In this document: positions 1 to 12,084 of the stretch, piece after piece
Position numbering within the stretch: position 1 is the first letter of the stretch
How the letters are laid out: each line of letters starts with the position of its first letter
NCBI GenBank assembly: GCA_013239625.1
Contig: MU054220.1
Span: 3,101,374 to 3,165,373, forward strand
DNA from: Lama guanicoe
Taxonomy: Eukaryota
Reading direction: 5' to 3'
DNA: 64,000 bases
The notes under the pieces: generated by a model
Databases searched by the model: none
Told to the model about the DNA's origin: nothing
Seen by the model: only the letters and a program-made list of their open reading frames with translations
Position numbers and translations under genes: made by a program

Positions 1-690
1 GTTTTGTACTGTGGTTTGCTTATTTTCCTTGGATTTCTATTTATGGAAATTTGTGAGACCTGGGGTTGCAGAGAGTTCTTCGGAGAATATTTATTTTTAC
101 TTTTTGCTTCTGCCAGGTCACTAGGGGTATTTCCTGGCAGCAACCATTGGAAGTTAAATTCTTGGTTTGTGGAGTTTTAGGACCACCCAGGTAGTGTGAA
201 CTCAGCATGGTTGGTTACAAATTTGTGTAATGGATGGCTGATGGTTCCAAATTCTCATTTGTTACTTTTTTCATTTTCCACTTCATGTTTAGTCTTAAAA
301 CATTCTATTTTTCTTGCAGTCCCCATGAAGGAGGGGATTGTTTATACTTCTCCTTTGTCCTTAACCTTAAATTGTAGCCCCTTGAAGTCTCAGCTGCTTC
401 AGGGGAGTAACTCCTATCAGACTCCCCACCTTGGGCAGACCCTGGGCTTTGTCAGCTCTTCCCTTAACCCTAGGACACCAGGAAAACCAAAGCTCTGTTT
501 CACAGGGTTCAGTAAATGCCCTTGGGACAAACACAGTTGCTACTCTCCTTTCCTTTTTGATTCCTGCCTTCATTCAATGCATTTTTTGTCTTGTACATTA
601 TTTACTTTCTTGCCAGTTTATCCTACTTTTAAGAAGACTTCTTCCTATGTTATTCAGATGTTTTAGTTGTTTTTAATAGGAGAACCATTT
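1..690 (-). mobile_element. Ancient L1ME/HAL1-like 5' region remnant
   Basis: T-rich decayed sequence resembling antisense old L1ME/HAL1 5' regions; recalled resemblance only. Confidence 0.4.
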
Positions 691-1188
691 GTATTACCAA
701 AACTGCAGTACTGGGGTCACACTCAGTATCCCTCTTCAGTACCTAGAACATCATAGACTTTCAGACACTAGTATTTGGCAAATAAATGAATGAGCAAGAG
801 AATGAATGAAGACATATGCACACGGTTTGGCTGCATGAACTGCTAGCCAGCTTACAAACACTATGGGGTCAGGGACCTGGCCTGATGAGTTCACCACTGC
901 CGGAAACTGTCTATCATGATCCAGGCTAGGGTCCATCTGATGTTAGCTGATCTCAACTCAGAATGGCCTAGAAGCCATGGGAAATCTGTCCTTATAGTGA
1001 TGCTTGCCCTATGCAGAAAGCAACTTTCCAAATCTGTGGGCCTTTTGGGATGACTGGTTTTCAAATGATGGGGATGAATTTCAGTGACCCTTTTCTTTCT
1101 TTTCCTGGCCCCTTCGGGGCTTTTGGTTGAAAGTCTCCTCCACAGTGCTGGAGTCTTGTCTTTGGTTTTAGTGCTGTGATCCAAGCCC

Positions 1189-1365
1189 ATGCAGCTCAAA
1201 GTGTGGTCCATGCACCAGCAGCATTTATATCATCTGGGTGCTTATTAGAAATGTAGAATCTTGCCTCCTCACCCCCATAAACCCCAGACTACTGATTCGA
1301 ATATTCACTTTTAATAAGATCCCCGGTTTATTCATATGCATATGAATGTTTGAAAAACACTGCCC
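1189..1365. mobile_element. MER5A (hAT-Charlie MITE)
   Basis: ctcaaagtgtggtcc...cagcagcat...cttattagaaatgtagaatc...taataagatcccc...tttgaaaaacactg matches the MER5A layout and TIRs. Confidence 0.85.
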
Positions 1366-1444
1366 TAACCCAAAGCATTCCTGCATGTGTGTGAGTTACA
1401 ACTGTGCAGTGAGGAACTGATTCTTACCGCCTTCAGGTGGCTGT

Positions 1445-1558
1445 GTCGGACGAACAACACATTTTGGTTTGGCTGGGACTTTCCCAATTTTAGCACTGAA
1501 AGAACCACATCTCTGGAAATCTCTTGGTCTCAGGCAACTGGAATGGTTGGACCCCTTA
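1445..1558. mobile_element. MER81 (hAT-Blackjack MITE)
   Basis: ggtttggctgggactttcccaattttagcactgaaag...caggcaactggaatggttggacccctta resembles the MER81 consensus. Confidence 0.75.
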
Positions 1559-1989
1559 CCAGACAGGGTCCAGGCATCCTCAAAGGGAAGCAAAGCAGGC
1601 CGCATGATTCCAGTAGATTTCATGGTGAGGAGCCACATCTGGTACCACGTTGTGCTGGGCATGGCTGAGGAGATGCTTTGCCACCTGGACACCTGTGTCA
1701 ACAGCCAGATGCAGAGCCCTGTGCTCCCCACTGTGAACAAGGGCCACTGGACTTGCAAGAGGGCTTCACGTTCTTGGTGTCCTAGAAGTAATGTGCCCAG
1801 TCAAACTTGGGTCAAGTCATGAAGGTGGGTCAAGTCATGAAGGTGGTGATAAGGAAGGTGGAGGGGATGTCCAGGGTGGATCAGCTCTGGGAGAAGGCTC
1901 CAAATCCCTGTCTTTCCATCAGGTAGCAACTTAAGCCCATTTTCAGGTGATGTGCCCTTCTGGTAGCATCCACGTCCGCTGCAGGAAGA

Positions 1990-2605
1990 AAGCTCTAAAA
2001 ATACGCACACATTCTGCAAATTAGAACTTCATCATTATTTTGAAATACTTGATATGAAATGTTTTATTGTATTCACAATCCATTCACATTATCACAAGAA
2101 ATTTCAGCATTACATTTGTCAAAGAAAGAAGAGGAAGAGCTGTTAGGTTCTTTTAATACAATTTCAAGTGTTATACATTTTTGAATGGTTAAAAACTGGT
2201 CTTACATTTTTTATCATGTACTTGGTGAAGAAGTTTCCTGCCAACAGTGGCTTTTGAGAATTTCAAGAGATCAACATGAAAAAGCCCCCCTCAAGAATTG
2301 TGTATGATCACTTCACACGTAAAGCCTGATATTAAAAAAAATCATGTTCAAGGAAGAAAGCTCTAGTTTCTCATTAAATTGCTTGAAAAGATTTTATTGG
2401 GAAGTTTTTTTACATACTCAATATTTGAGAGTCTCCTTACTACTTTGTACTTATTTTTCTTATCCAAATTATATAATGTAAAGAAGATGTAATACAGTTT
2501 ATCCACCCAGTTCCCTACAGATGCTTCCTAGTTACCTCCAGTTTGCTCCCGACATGCTGTACAAATTTGATCATTTTCTCTGTGTGCTGAAGTTGGAAGT
2601 CCCTG
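1990..2605 (+). mobile_element. hAT-Charlie-type DNA transposon 3' part with decayed transposase C-terminus
   Basis: Frameshifted translation LHHYFE...NPFTLSQEISALHLSKKEEEELL...KKFPA...KPDIKK...ALVSH* (stop 2375-2377); TIR-like end gttggaagtccctg at 2605. Confidence 0.6.
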
Positions 2606-3171
2606 GGAGGTCTTGCTGTAACCCTCTATGCCCCCACTTTTCTGAACTGACTCAGGGACCCTACATATTGTGGGGGGAGAATACGGTGAGTCACCGTATC
2701 CTCCAAGAATCTCCCTTCCAATTCTCCTCCTTTTTCCCATCCTCCCTCCTCTCTGTAAGGGACCCCTTCTTTAGTGAAAATCCCAGATGCCTCAAATGGT
2801 TGCTATGGCAACCCTCACACCGGAGGAGCAGGGCTGGTCTGACTTGGGGATGGGCTTCCAGGGCTCAGCTGCTCCTTTTCTGGGGCAAAATTCTGATGGT
2901 GGGTAGGCGGGATTAGGCACTCCGGAGCTGACGCAGCCTCCTGGAGGCACAGGACCTCTACACTTAGAGCTGCAGGGGACATGCCTTCACCTGAGATCCC
3001 TTAGACACCTGGCTCTCCAAAGTTTCTTTCATCATAAGGCTACACTCTGATCACAGTTGGTTTCAACTGGCCTTTCTTCTAGGGCCACAGGGGTACATCT
3101 TGCCTCACCACTTACTCTATTAGCTTGAACTTGACTTTGGCCTCCAGAGCTTTGTGATACAACTCAATTGG

Positions 3172-3428
3172 TACAGGTAGTGTGGGCCATGTGCTTGGGC
3201 TTTGGAGTCAGAAAGAAGTGGGTTCAAATCTTGGCTCTGTCACTTACTAGTTCTGGGATCTTGGGCAAGTCATGTGGCCACGATAAGCCTCAGTCTTGCA
3301 CACATGGGATGGGATTATCGAAGACCTATCTCATAGGGTCGCCATATGTGATCTCCTACTTGGTCAAGCTCCCAGCCCAGCTCCTAGCATGCAGTAGGTA
3401 TTCAGTTAATGAGGATTGATGTTATTAC
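3172..3428 (+). mobile_element. MIR SINE
   Basis: ctttggagtcaga...gggttcaaatcttggctctgtcacttactag...ttgggcaagtca...cctcagt. Confidence 0.85.
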
Positions 3429-3956
3429 TATTTCTCCCCTCATTTCCTTGAGTTGTTCCTTTCTTTTCTTCCCTTTCCTTTTTTACTATAAATCCTGCCA
3501 GGTGCCTAGGGCTCAGGTGGCTGTGACCTCTTTAGTTACTCGTGGAAACCTGACTCTCAAAGAAAACGGCAACCACAGGCAGAAAAAAACCAAACTTTGT
3601 GCACATAAATCAATAATTCTGCAGAAAGTGAGAGTAATTAATAAATGAAACCACTAGGAAATGACCCAAGAGAGCTTATTATAGAAAATAACTGTAAAAC
3701 TGTTGTCTAGCGTTCAGAATCGCATGCCTAGAGCTGTTCTCACTGCAGGGTGTTCGAAGCGATGTTTCACCGGCCAGTGGCATTTGGTGACCAAATCTCA
3801 GGCCGCTGTCATTGTATGTTACAGCTGGAGGGGAATTTAGTTTGTTGGTTTTCTTATTTTTTGCAGCAGACTAAAAACTAATAATTGGCTGATAACAAAT
3901 AACATTGATGTTACTGTTTTTGCTGCTTTCTAGGCTCACTTTAATATACCAAATAG

Positions 3957-4345
3957 TGTTCTGGGTCTGGCTCTCCAGGAAGCAGGCTCTGAGACAGGTT
4001 TAGTGCACAGTGTGTTTATTGGGGAGGGAGCCCCCCTGGAAGGGAGGGAGAGGAAGCAGGACTGGGCAGAGGGAGAAGTCAGGCCCAAGGAGAGCCCAGG
4101 CCAGTCCCAGGGAGGGGTCTGCAGCTAATGTGGACCCATCACAGTCGTGTGAATGGGCCAAGATGGCCAGGTCATTATGCCATCATCCACTTCGGTTAGT
4201 CATTGGCTATGAGTCACTTCAGGAAGGGTGTGACCTCTGATGGTGGCTGTCTATGGCTGATAGATTTGGAAGGGGTCCTTCTGGCATCAGGGAGACCAAG
4301 CTCTTCCTTAAAGAGGGATCTGGGCTGCACATCTCTGGGTTCATC
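3957..4345 (-). mobile_element. ERVL solo LTR (LTR16-like)
   Basis: ggaagcaggctctgagacaggtttagtgcaca...gaagcaggactgggcagagggagaagt...gtcattggcta; antisense LTR16 pattern. Confidence 0.7.
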
Positions 4346-5059
4346 ATAAAACGTAACCTAAGGCTGGGGGCCTGGGGCCTTGCTTGGTCACTCTGGATAT
4401 TATAGTGGCTTTTCAGAGACATCATGGCATGCTACAGTTTAGCAACCCCCACCCCCCAAATTAGAGCTGAACCTTCTTCTCTCGTTGGTGACCAAACTGA
4501 AGCTCAGATTGGGAAGGGACTTGCTATAATTCCCCCAGGAATTTACAGACAGAATTGCTCTGCCAACCTGTGCCCCCTTTCAGGTCTCAGCTTGGATAGT
4601 GCCTCCTCCAGCAAGCCTTGCCGACTCTCCAAACTGTGTTAGATGCTCCTGTATGTACACCCGACACCCACACCTTTGAGGGCTGGTCAATTTCTTGACT
4701 CCCCACCAAGCCGTGAGCTTTCCGAAGGCAGGGATGATGAAGAAGACAGTCGTGAGGTGGGTCCTATCCTTAGGAAGGCACGAATGACTGCATCGAGTTG
4801 AGGTCCTCAACAGCTTGGCCCAGGGAGTCTGGCTGGGCCCCACCGTCAGTCACTCACAGAGCGAAAGGTCCCTGGCCCCTAAGGGACGGGCAGTACAGGC
4901 TTTTTCAGGTTCAGGCTCAGGAAACTCAGAATTGATTTAAGCCCACTTCTCAGTTCCTGCAGCAGTGGTCCAGGCAAGGATATCTGGGTGGACTTCTCTC
5001 TGACTTCCTTGTCTCACTTCTGGGCTTCTTCCTCTGAACCTGATGTGCTTGACATACTT

Positions 5060-5432
5060 GCTTTTATTTTTATGATTTGATGAATCCTGTATTATTTTAT
5101 GTGCATGTATTTCATTTATGTAAATAGTATTGTGCTAAAAACCTAATTCCATTTTCCCCCTCTCCCAGAATTATGCTTTTAAAGATCTATCCAGGTTACT
5201 GTACGTAACTTTAGGCTGTTGCCCCTAATTGCTGTTTCCACCACATTTATCCATCCTTCAGCAATGGAGGCCTGGATTGCTTAGAAACTTCCTCCTCCCC
5301 TTCTCTGCTGCCTCAAACAACCCCACAGTGGAGAGCCTCACTCTCTTCTTCAGATCTGACTGCCAATTTCTTTGGATCTATACCCAGGAGGAAATTTCTG
5401 GTAAAGGTGCGTATGCATACTTAATTTGACTA
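5060..5432 (-). mobile_element. Old L1 (L1ME-type) 3' fragment
   Basis: atctatccagg...ccacatttatcca...ttggatctatacccaggaggaaatttctgg; antisense L1 3' pattern. Confidence 0.65.
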
Positions 5433-6019
5433 AAGAGACTTTCACTTTCCATTCTTAAAGGGCCCTGCATGCATCAAGCTCCGGGGCTCACTAGACTATG
5501 AAATCTCCCAAATAGAAGATTCTAGAAAATAATTTAAAAAGAATTTTTGGAAGCACTTTGCCAGTGAAATAAAACACAGGAGATGGATCCAGCCTACTGG
5601 TCTCCAGTTTACAAACTCTTAAGTAGGAGTCCCAGACCCGAAGTAGCTCTAACCTTGGCCTTTGCACACAGAGGTCATGTGTTCCTGACATCTTACGTGT
5701 GTCTCTTCAGGGTGAGTCTGTGTCCACACTAACAAGTCTTGAGTGAAACTTTGGACCTTCCTCAAATAACCTGAGTCACAGCCCCTGAAACAGGTTGGGA
5801 GCAAGTTCTGTGCACCGTGAGGAAGGACACACAACTTTGGTGAATTTAGCCCTCTCTCCAACCCCAGTTTTTTGGGGACGTCACCTGTCAGAGCAGATGA
5901 GAGTTGTCTGTGGGAAGTGCTCCCTACCTGTCTTCCCTGACAGCTCCTGCTTCCTGCTGGGAGGCTGCCCTGGAAGCTAAGCCGCGTCGGGGTGGGGGTA
6001 GGGGGGCCACACTCGACCC

Positions 6020-6335
6020 CTACCTCAGCAGGGGCTGCTCTAACAAAATGCCATAAACTGAGTGGCTTACAAACAACACATCTGTTTCTTAGAGTTTTGG
6101 GGGGCTCAAAGTCCGAGATCAGGGTGCCAGCATGGTCAGGCTCCGGGGAGAGCCTTCTTCTGGGTTGCAGATGGTCTACTTCTGGTTGTGTCCTCACATG
6201 GAAGGAAGAGAGGGTGAGGGGGCTCTCTGGCCTCTTATAAAGATACTAACCCCAAACCCCTCTTCCAAATACCATCACATCGGGGATTGGCTTTCAGTAT
6301 GTGCACTTCTGGGGGTACACATTCAGTCGGTAACA
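6020..6335 (-). mobile_element. MaLR solo LTR (MLT1A-like)
   Basis: gctgctctaacaaaatgccataaactgagtggctta...aagtccgagatcagggtgccagcatggtcagg...cacattcagtcggtaaca. Confidence 0.85.
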
Positions 6336-6689
6336 GGGACCTAGGTGCTTGCCCAGCTCCTCCAGCAAAACCAAAGGTTGTTGTCGCTCTGATTCTCCTG
6401 AGTCTGAGCCCGAGACAGTGCGAGTGTTTAAACCATTGTGTGGCCCGAGACAATAGCCATGGGTATTCAGAATTTCTTTTTACAGTTTGCTTTTAAAAGA
6501 GAAAAGTGCAATAGCTTTAAATCTTATTTTAGATTGGAGAATCTGTGGCTCCAGCCCGTACAGTCAGTGATCCCCAAATCTCCAGCGCTGCCACTGGACT
6601 TGGCCGTACTCCCCTGCTGGCACCTGGACTTCCTAAGGCCATATGCCCACCTCCCAGGCCACCTTTTGTATAGCAGAGTGAAGAGGGTG

Positions 6690-6915
6690 GGATGTTTGGG
6701 TTCTGGAGTCGGAGAGTCCTGGGGACAAGCCCGACCCTGCTGCTACCAGGCTGTGACCTTGGACAAGCTGCCACATGTCTCCCAAGTCTCAATTTCCTCA
6801 TCTGCAAAATACTGCTGGCATCACCCACCTTACCAGGTGCTGGGAAGATTAGATGAGTTAATAGTTTTAAAGCTCTCCAGCCACTGCCTGGCATTTGAAA
6901 AGAATTCAATGGATG
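6690..6915 (+). mobile_element. MIR SINE
   Basis: gctgtgaccttggacaag...tcaatttcctcatctgcaaaat...agattagatgagttaat. Confidence 0.8.
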
Positions 6916-7199
6916 GAAATCAAAAAGCAGCTCAGGGAATTCTGGGATACGGGCGAGTTAGGAGAAATCTAATAATCAATAAATATTTCCTTGGGTCTAC
7001 CATGTGCCCGGCACTGCGCCAGGTACCACAGTGCCTTGGGCTGCATCCTGCTTGCATTGCTGGAGGCTGCTGAGGGACCTGGGCATCTAGCTAGGTGCTA
7101 GAGTGAGGAGGAAAGGCACAGACATGTCGTGCAATGGGGCCTCCTCTCCAGCCTCCAGTGTGAGAGGAGATTTTTAAATGTTTATTTGCCAAATATTTA

Positions 7200-7760
7200 C
7201 AGAGTTGCAAATATTGGAACTCACTCTGGCTATTTTAAGCAGAAAAGGGGTTTGTTAAACAATGTGAGCTAACGCACAGAGTCATTGGGAGGGCAGAAGG
7301 AACGGACTGGAGGTGAGGCTTCCAGAAGAAACTCAGAACCGCCCCGCAGAACTGGCTTTGATGGGGAAAATTATTGCTGCTGTAGCAGCTGCTCCTGAGC
7401 TGGATGCCAGGAACCAACTTTATGGCAACCATGGTCTCCTCTGCTACTGTAAGTTGACCTTATATCTAATGCCACCCTGAAAGCTGGACCACAAAACAGA
7501 AGTCTGTGCCAGTTTCTGCCTGGGGTTCAGTTCTGAACTGGGGACTTTCAGGGCAGAGCCCACCTCACGTGCCTGCATCCAGGCTGCAAGGGAGCTGGAA
7601 ATCTTTTCAAAAGACAGACTATGTGCAGCCACAAATATGGCAAACTTTCCTATGCCCTTGCTCAAAGCAGCATGTGGGGAATGTGGGCGCACCTGAGGTG
7701 GGTAGGACCTAGCTTTTAGAGGTGTCCACTGCCTGTTGGGGTAGAAAAACGTCTGCATAA
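7200..7760 (-). mobile_element. Old MaLR LTR (late MLT1 subfamily)
   Basis: gttgcaaatattggaactcactctggctattttaagcagaaaaggggg... antisense MLT1-type terminus. Confidence 0.5.
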
Positions 7761-8064
7761 GTAACACTGCAGGTGAATAGAGGGACTTATAGGGGCATGG
7801 ACCATCCACTCAGCTTGTCTGATGCTGACAGCTGTCTGGAAGACTCCACAGAGGCAGGGCAGGATTACCTGGGCACATTCCCAGAGGTGGAAAACTGGGG
7901 CATCTGGATCTCGAACTGCTTACTTCTCTTTGGGGAAACTGAGTCAATATCTCCCACCCTTTTCTCAAGCTTCCATCTGCCTACATGTGCTGCTTCTCAG
8001 AACTTGACCCAGATCGGTGCCCCAGCATCCCTTCCTGAGGGAACAGTAGACCAGAGCAGGACAG

Positions 8065-8270
8065 TCTGGTGTAATAGAAAGAATGGAAAGGTTTTGGAGT
8101 CAGACAAACTTATTTCTGACTTCTGGCTCCTTTTACTTTTGAGGTGATCTTGGGCAAGTGACTTGTTATCCTAACCTGTAAATGGGTATTTAAGTATATC
8201 TTACAATACATGGAATTATTGTAAGATAAAATGTGATATCATAAGTACTTGGTAGAATTTCCCTGTCTCA
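8065..8270 (+). mobile_element. MIR SINE
   Basis: ttttggagtcagacaaac...gtgatcttgggcaagtgactt...ctgtaaatggg. Confidence 0.8.
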
Positions 8271-8619
8271 GAGCAAGCTGGATGGCCATTTGTATCCTAA
8301 CTTCTCTGCCTGTCTGCCTGCTCTCTCAGAGAAACGAAGCAGCTGCAAAAGAGTCTACATGAGTCAATCCACAGGTGAAAAGCACTGACTTAGAAAATCT
8401 TTAAATATTTTGAAAAAAAAAAGGTGGAAATGATAGACAAATTTGATGAAGGATACAAATGATTCATGATATGAGGCTCTAGAAGGCAGACTACTGAAGA
8501 CAGGGTTGGGAAGTTCTAAAAAAATGCAATTTAGACCATTCAATTATGAATAATTCAATGAGGATTAAAAGAATCATGTCTAAAGACATCAGACTTAGAG
8601 CAGGTTTAAAGTGAGGAGA

Positions 8620-9172
8620 ACAGACACAAGTAACAGAAAACCGCCTTCAAGATGGATTAAGCTAAATGGAAACTTATTGAAAAGTTTAGGGTTAGGTCAG
8701 ATTTCAGGTATGGTTTGATCAGGAACTCAAATGATGTCACAGGTCACAGCACAGGAGTCTATGCTGTCTCCCTTCTCACACAGGAGCTCCTCCCATGATA
8801 ACCAGGTAGCAGCAGCAGCATTCCGAGACTTACATGCTCCCAGATTGAAGTCCAGCAGGAGACAGACCCCAGCAGTCCTAGCAAATGTCTCATTGACTGA
8901 ATTGGTTCATGTGGCCATTTCTAAACTAATCATTGTGGTCAGGAAACACAATGCTTTCATTGACCAAGTTGGCATCACATGCTGACCAGTGCGGGTGGGC
9001 ACAGGGTGAATTCAACACCAGGCTTCCCATGCACTGAGAGTGGAAAAAGGAGGCTCACTAGAATTTAAATTAAATTAAACTAAACTAAACTAAATTAAAT
9101 TAAATTAAAAACCATTACCAAAAGAAGATAAAATGGATATCGGGTGTTCCAAAAATCAAATGCTCACTCTGG
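8620..9172 (-). mobile_element. MaLR solo LTR (MLT1K/L-like), containing a (TAAAY)n tract at about 9066-9108
   Basis: caagtaacagaaaacc...ttcaggtatggtttgatcagg...ggttcatgtggccatttctaaactaatcattgtggtcagg. Confidence 0.7.
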
Positions 9173-9324
9173 TAGGTACAGGTAGACAGTTGCAGGAAAC
9201 AGAGGGCCAATGAACTAAGTCCTACTAACACATCAAGATAACAGAGAAAGTGTTTTGTGAAATTTATAGCAAAAAGGAAAAATCATGAATAAAGGATCCA
9301 CTACTTGGGTTAAAATGTCCAAAT

Positions 9325-9850
9325 GGTGACTTTTGAAATTTATTTGTTTTTTAAACTTCTATTATTTGTTTCTAGTTTTATAACACTTGGTCAAATTCCT
9401 GCTCCTTGGAACTTACTGGAATTTGATTTGTGACTTGGTGTATGATCAATTTTGTAAATGTGGCACAGATACTTGATAAAAAGATACAGTTTCTGTTGGC
9501 AGGATGTAAGTTCAATATCTATTAATTCAGCTATTAATGATGCAGTTTGAATCTCTTATTGCTGTATTAGGTTTGCCTTCTTGATCTTACATGGATTGAG
9601 ACAAGTATTCTAAAGTCTTTCACTATAATTGAGTTTCTGTCAATTTATACTCACACTTCTGAGAGTTTATGCTTAATATATTTCAATGCTATGTTCTTTG
9701 GTCCTTTAAAGTTCATGGGCTGAACTATGACTTCATTATTGATCATAACTTTTATCAATATCAAATGACTCTCTTTGGTCTATTTAATGCATTTTGCCTT
9801 GAATTTTGCACTGTCCATTTTGCATAGTTCCTTTCTGTTTCTTCCAGTTC
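9325..9850 (-). mobile_element. Old L1M ORF2 (endonuclease-region) fragment
   Basis: tgatcaattttgtaaatgt...aagtctttcactataattgagtttctgtcaatt...atatatttcaatgctatgttctttgg; antisense L1 ORF2 5' part. Confidence 0.75.
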
Positions 9851-9979
9851 CCGTTTTCCTGATATACTTATGCCATAGGTCCAAAAGAGCTTGGAAAAAT
9901 GGCTTAATGTCTTTTAGGAATGAATGGAACAGAATGCTTTATCTCCTGTTTTGCTCTTGTTCCTTCTCTTTGATAATAC

Positions 9980-10460
9980 AAACATGGAATAGAAGCACGA
10001 GATGGATGAGAAAGTTACCTGGACTCATCTGGCTGCTCTAAATGAGACCCGTGCTCCAGGCTTAACAGAGAACTTGTGGTCCTAGAACACTTGCAGATGA
10101 AATCACTGAGGCACTGAGAAATTGCACAATAGTAAGTATTCCTGAAGATATGTAAGGGGTGTATGCCCTTTCACTTCTCAAAAGGGGGAAGAACGTGAAT
10201 TCTGAAACTATACATCTGCACACTTATCTCAATACACAAAGATGAATTATTACACATGTGGTTTGTATGGAAGTGGAGAGAGAAGGAATAGATGGAAAGC
10301 CATCTGGGTGGAGTAGTAATTTGATGAACATACACAATGTTGATGAACAGCTCAATGTCCACTTCAAGAGAGGTTTCTGGTGGTTGGGTTTTTACCCCAA
10401 AATGTTTAGTATTTTTATCAATGACTTGAATAAAGACAAAAAATATACAGATGTCATCCA
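9980..10460 (+). mobile_element. CR1/L3 LINE ORF2 (RT) fragment
   Basis: ORF 10258-10572 contains GFYPKMFSIFINDLNK, resembling the CR1 RT motif LGPVLFNIFINDLD; upstream aaaagggggaagaacgtgaattctgaaactata resembles the KKGK..D.GNY motif. Confidence 0.7.
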
Positions 10461-10468
10461 AAGATATT

Positions 10469-11201
10469 TGTTAAGGACAGCATTGCTGACTTTTTTTCCC
10501 ACCTCTTGGCACTCATGGAAATTATCAATATTTGTACTGTCTACCGGGGAAATCCTAAGAGATTGCTCATAGCCTAAGGTGACTGGCCTGGAACCTGCTG
10601 TCCCAGGCTCTCTTGGCTGCTCAAAAGACTGAGGGAATCAATACCTCAAGGCTTGAGGGGATCAATACCTGGGGCACTTCCAAAACTTATTCACATCTCA
10701 CTAGCTTGGAAGCTCTGGTCTAAAGAGATGAGTATGGCCAGAATTCTGCCTCACATCACAGCCAGCCCTCCCCACGAGCCCTCCCAAGGGAGGAAAGCAA
10801 GTGGGAAGTCAAATTACCGCTTTATTATTTGCTGTGCTGTTATCTGAATACCCAGTGAAGCGCTCTTTGGCAACCTGGGACCACATGGAGTAGGCCTGAG
10901 GCGTAAGTGGGATGAGGAAGGAACTATCCCTCCTCCTAAGCCCAAAACTAGGCCATTGTTTGAAATCAGAATCAAAATGTGCCCAAGTTCTAAGATATAT
11001 CTGGAGACTGAGCCCCCTATCATGCAAGAGAAGATTATAACCTCTTGTTTCTACAGCACAAACAAGAGGAGAGAAAAGCCCCAAAGACAGAACTAGAGGG
11101 TCTGGCCTGTTCTTGTAGTGGGCCTAGGATGGGTTAGGCAGCAAGGGAGGGCTGATCAAATGATATGGATTGGAAAGGAAAAGAGTTAATCTCATGTGAC
11201 A
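10469..11201 (-). mobile_element. Ancient solo-LTR-like element, family unassigned
   Basis: TG...CA ends, antisense AATAAA (tttatt) near 10821; interrupts the CR1/L3 remnant. Confidence 0.35.
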
Positions 11202-11985
11202 TTTTTTTAAAAATATTGAAGTATAGTTGATTCACAATGTTATGTTAGTTTCAGGTGTACAGAAAAGCGATTCAGTTATACATATACATATATATATATA
11301 TTCTTTTTCAGATTCTTTTATTACAAGATATTGAATATAGTTCCCTGTGCTATATAGTAGGTCCTTGTTGTTTATCTGTTTTATATATAGTAGTGTGTAT
11401 TTATTAATCCCAAACTCCTAATTTATCCCTCCCCACAATCCCTTTCCCTTTTGGTAACCATAGTTTGTCTTCTACATCTATGAGTCTACATCTGGTTTGT
11501 AAATAAGTTCAATTGTATGATTTTTTTTAAGATTCCACATACTAGTAATATCATATGATATTTATCTTTCTCTGACTTACTTCACTTAATATGGTAATCT
11601 CTGTCTCCATCCATGTTGCTGCAAATAGCATTACTTAATTATTTTTTATGGCTGAGTAGTATTCCATTGTATATATAAACCACATCTTCTTTATCTCTTC
11701 ATCTGCTGATGGACATTTAGGTTGCTTTCATGTCTGGGCTATTGTAAATAGTACTGCTATGAACACTGGAGTGCATGTATCTCTTCAAATCAGCATTTTC
11801 ATCTTTTCCATATATACTCCTAAGAGTGGGATTGCTGGATCATATGGTAACTCTATTTTTAAGACCACCTCCATACTGTTCTCCTTAGTGGCTGCATCAG
11901 TTTACAATCCCACCAGCAGTGTAGGAGGGTTCCCTTTTCTCCACACCCTCTCCAGCATTTATTATTGGGAGAATTTTTGATGGTG
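11202..11985 (-). mobile_element. Young artiodactyl/camelid L1, 5'-truncated
   Basis: T-tract then attgaagtatagttgattcacaatg...acaagatattgaatatagttccctgtgctata...ccaccagcagtgtaggagggttccc; L1 3'UTR plus end of ORF2. Confidence 0.95.
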
Positions 11986-12084
11986 GGAAGGCACTGGCTT
12001 TTGTTCTGAGTGATGGGAGCCTCCAGAGGGCTTTCAGCAGAGGAGCGACAAGACCTGACTGATATTTAACAGAACTTTATGGGA

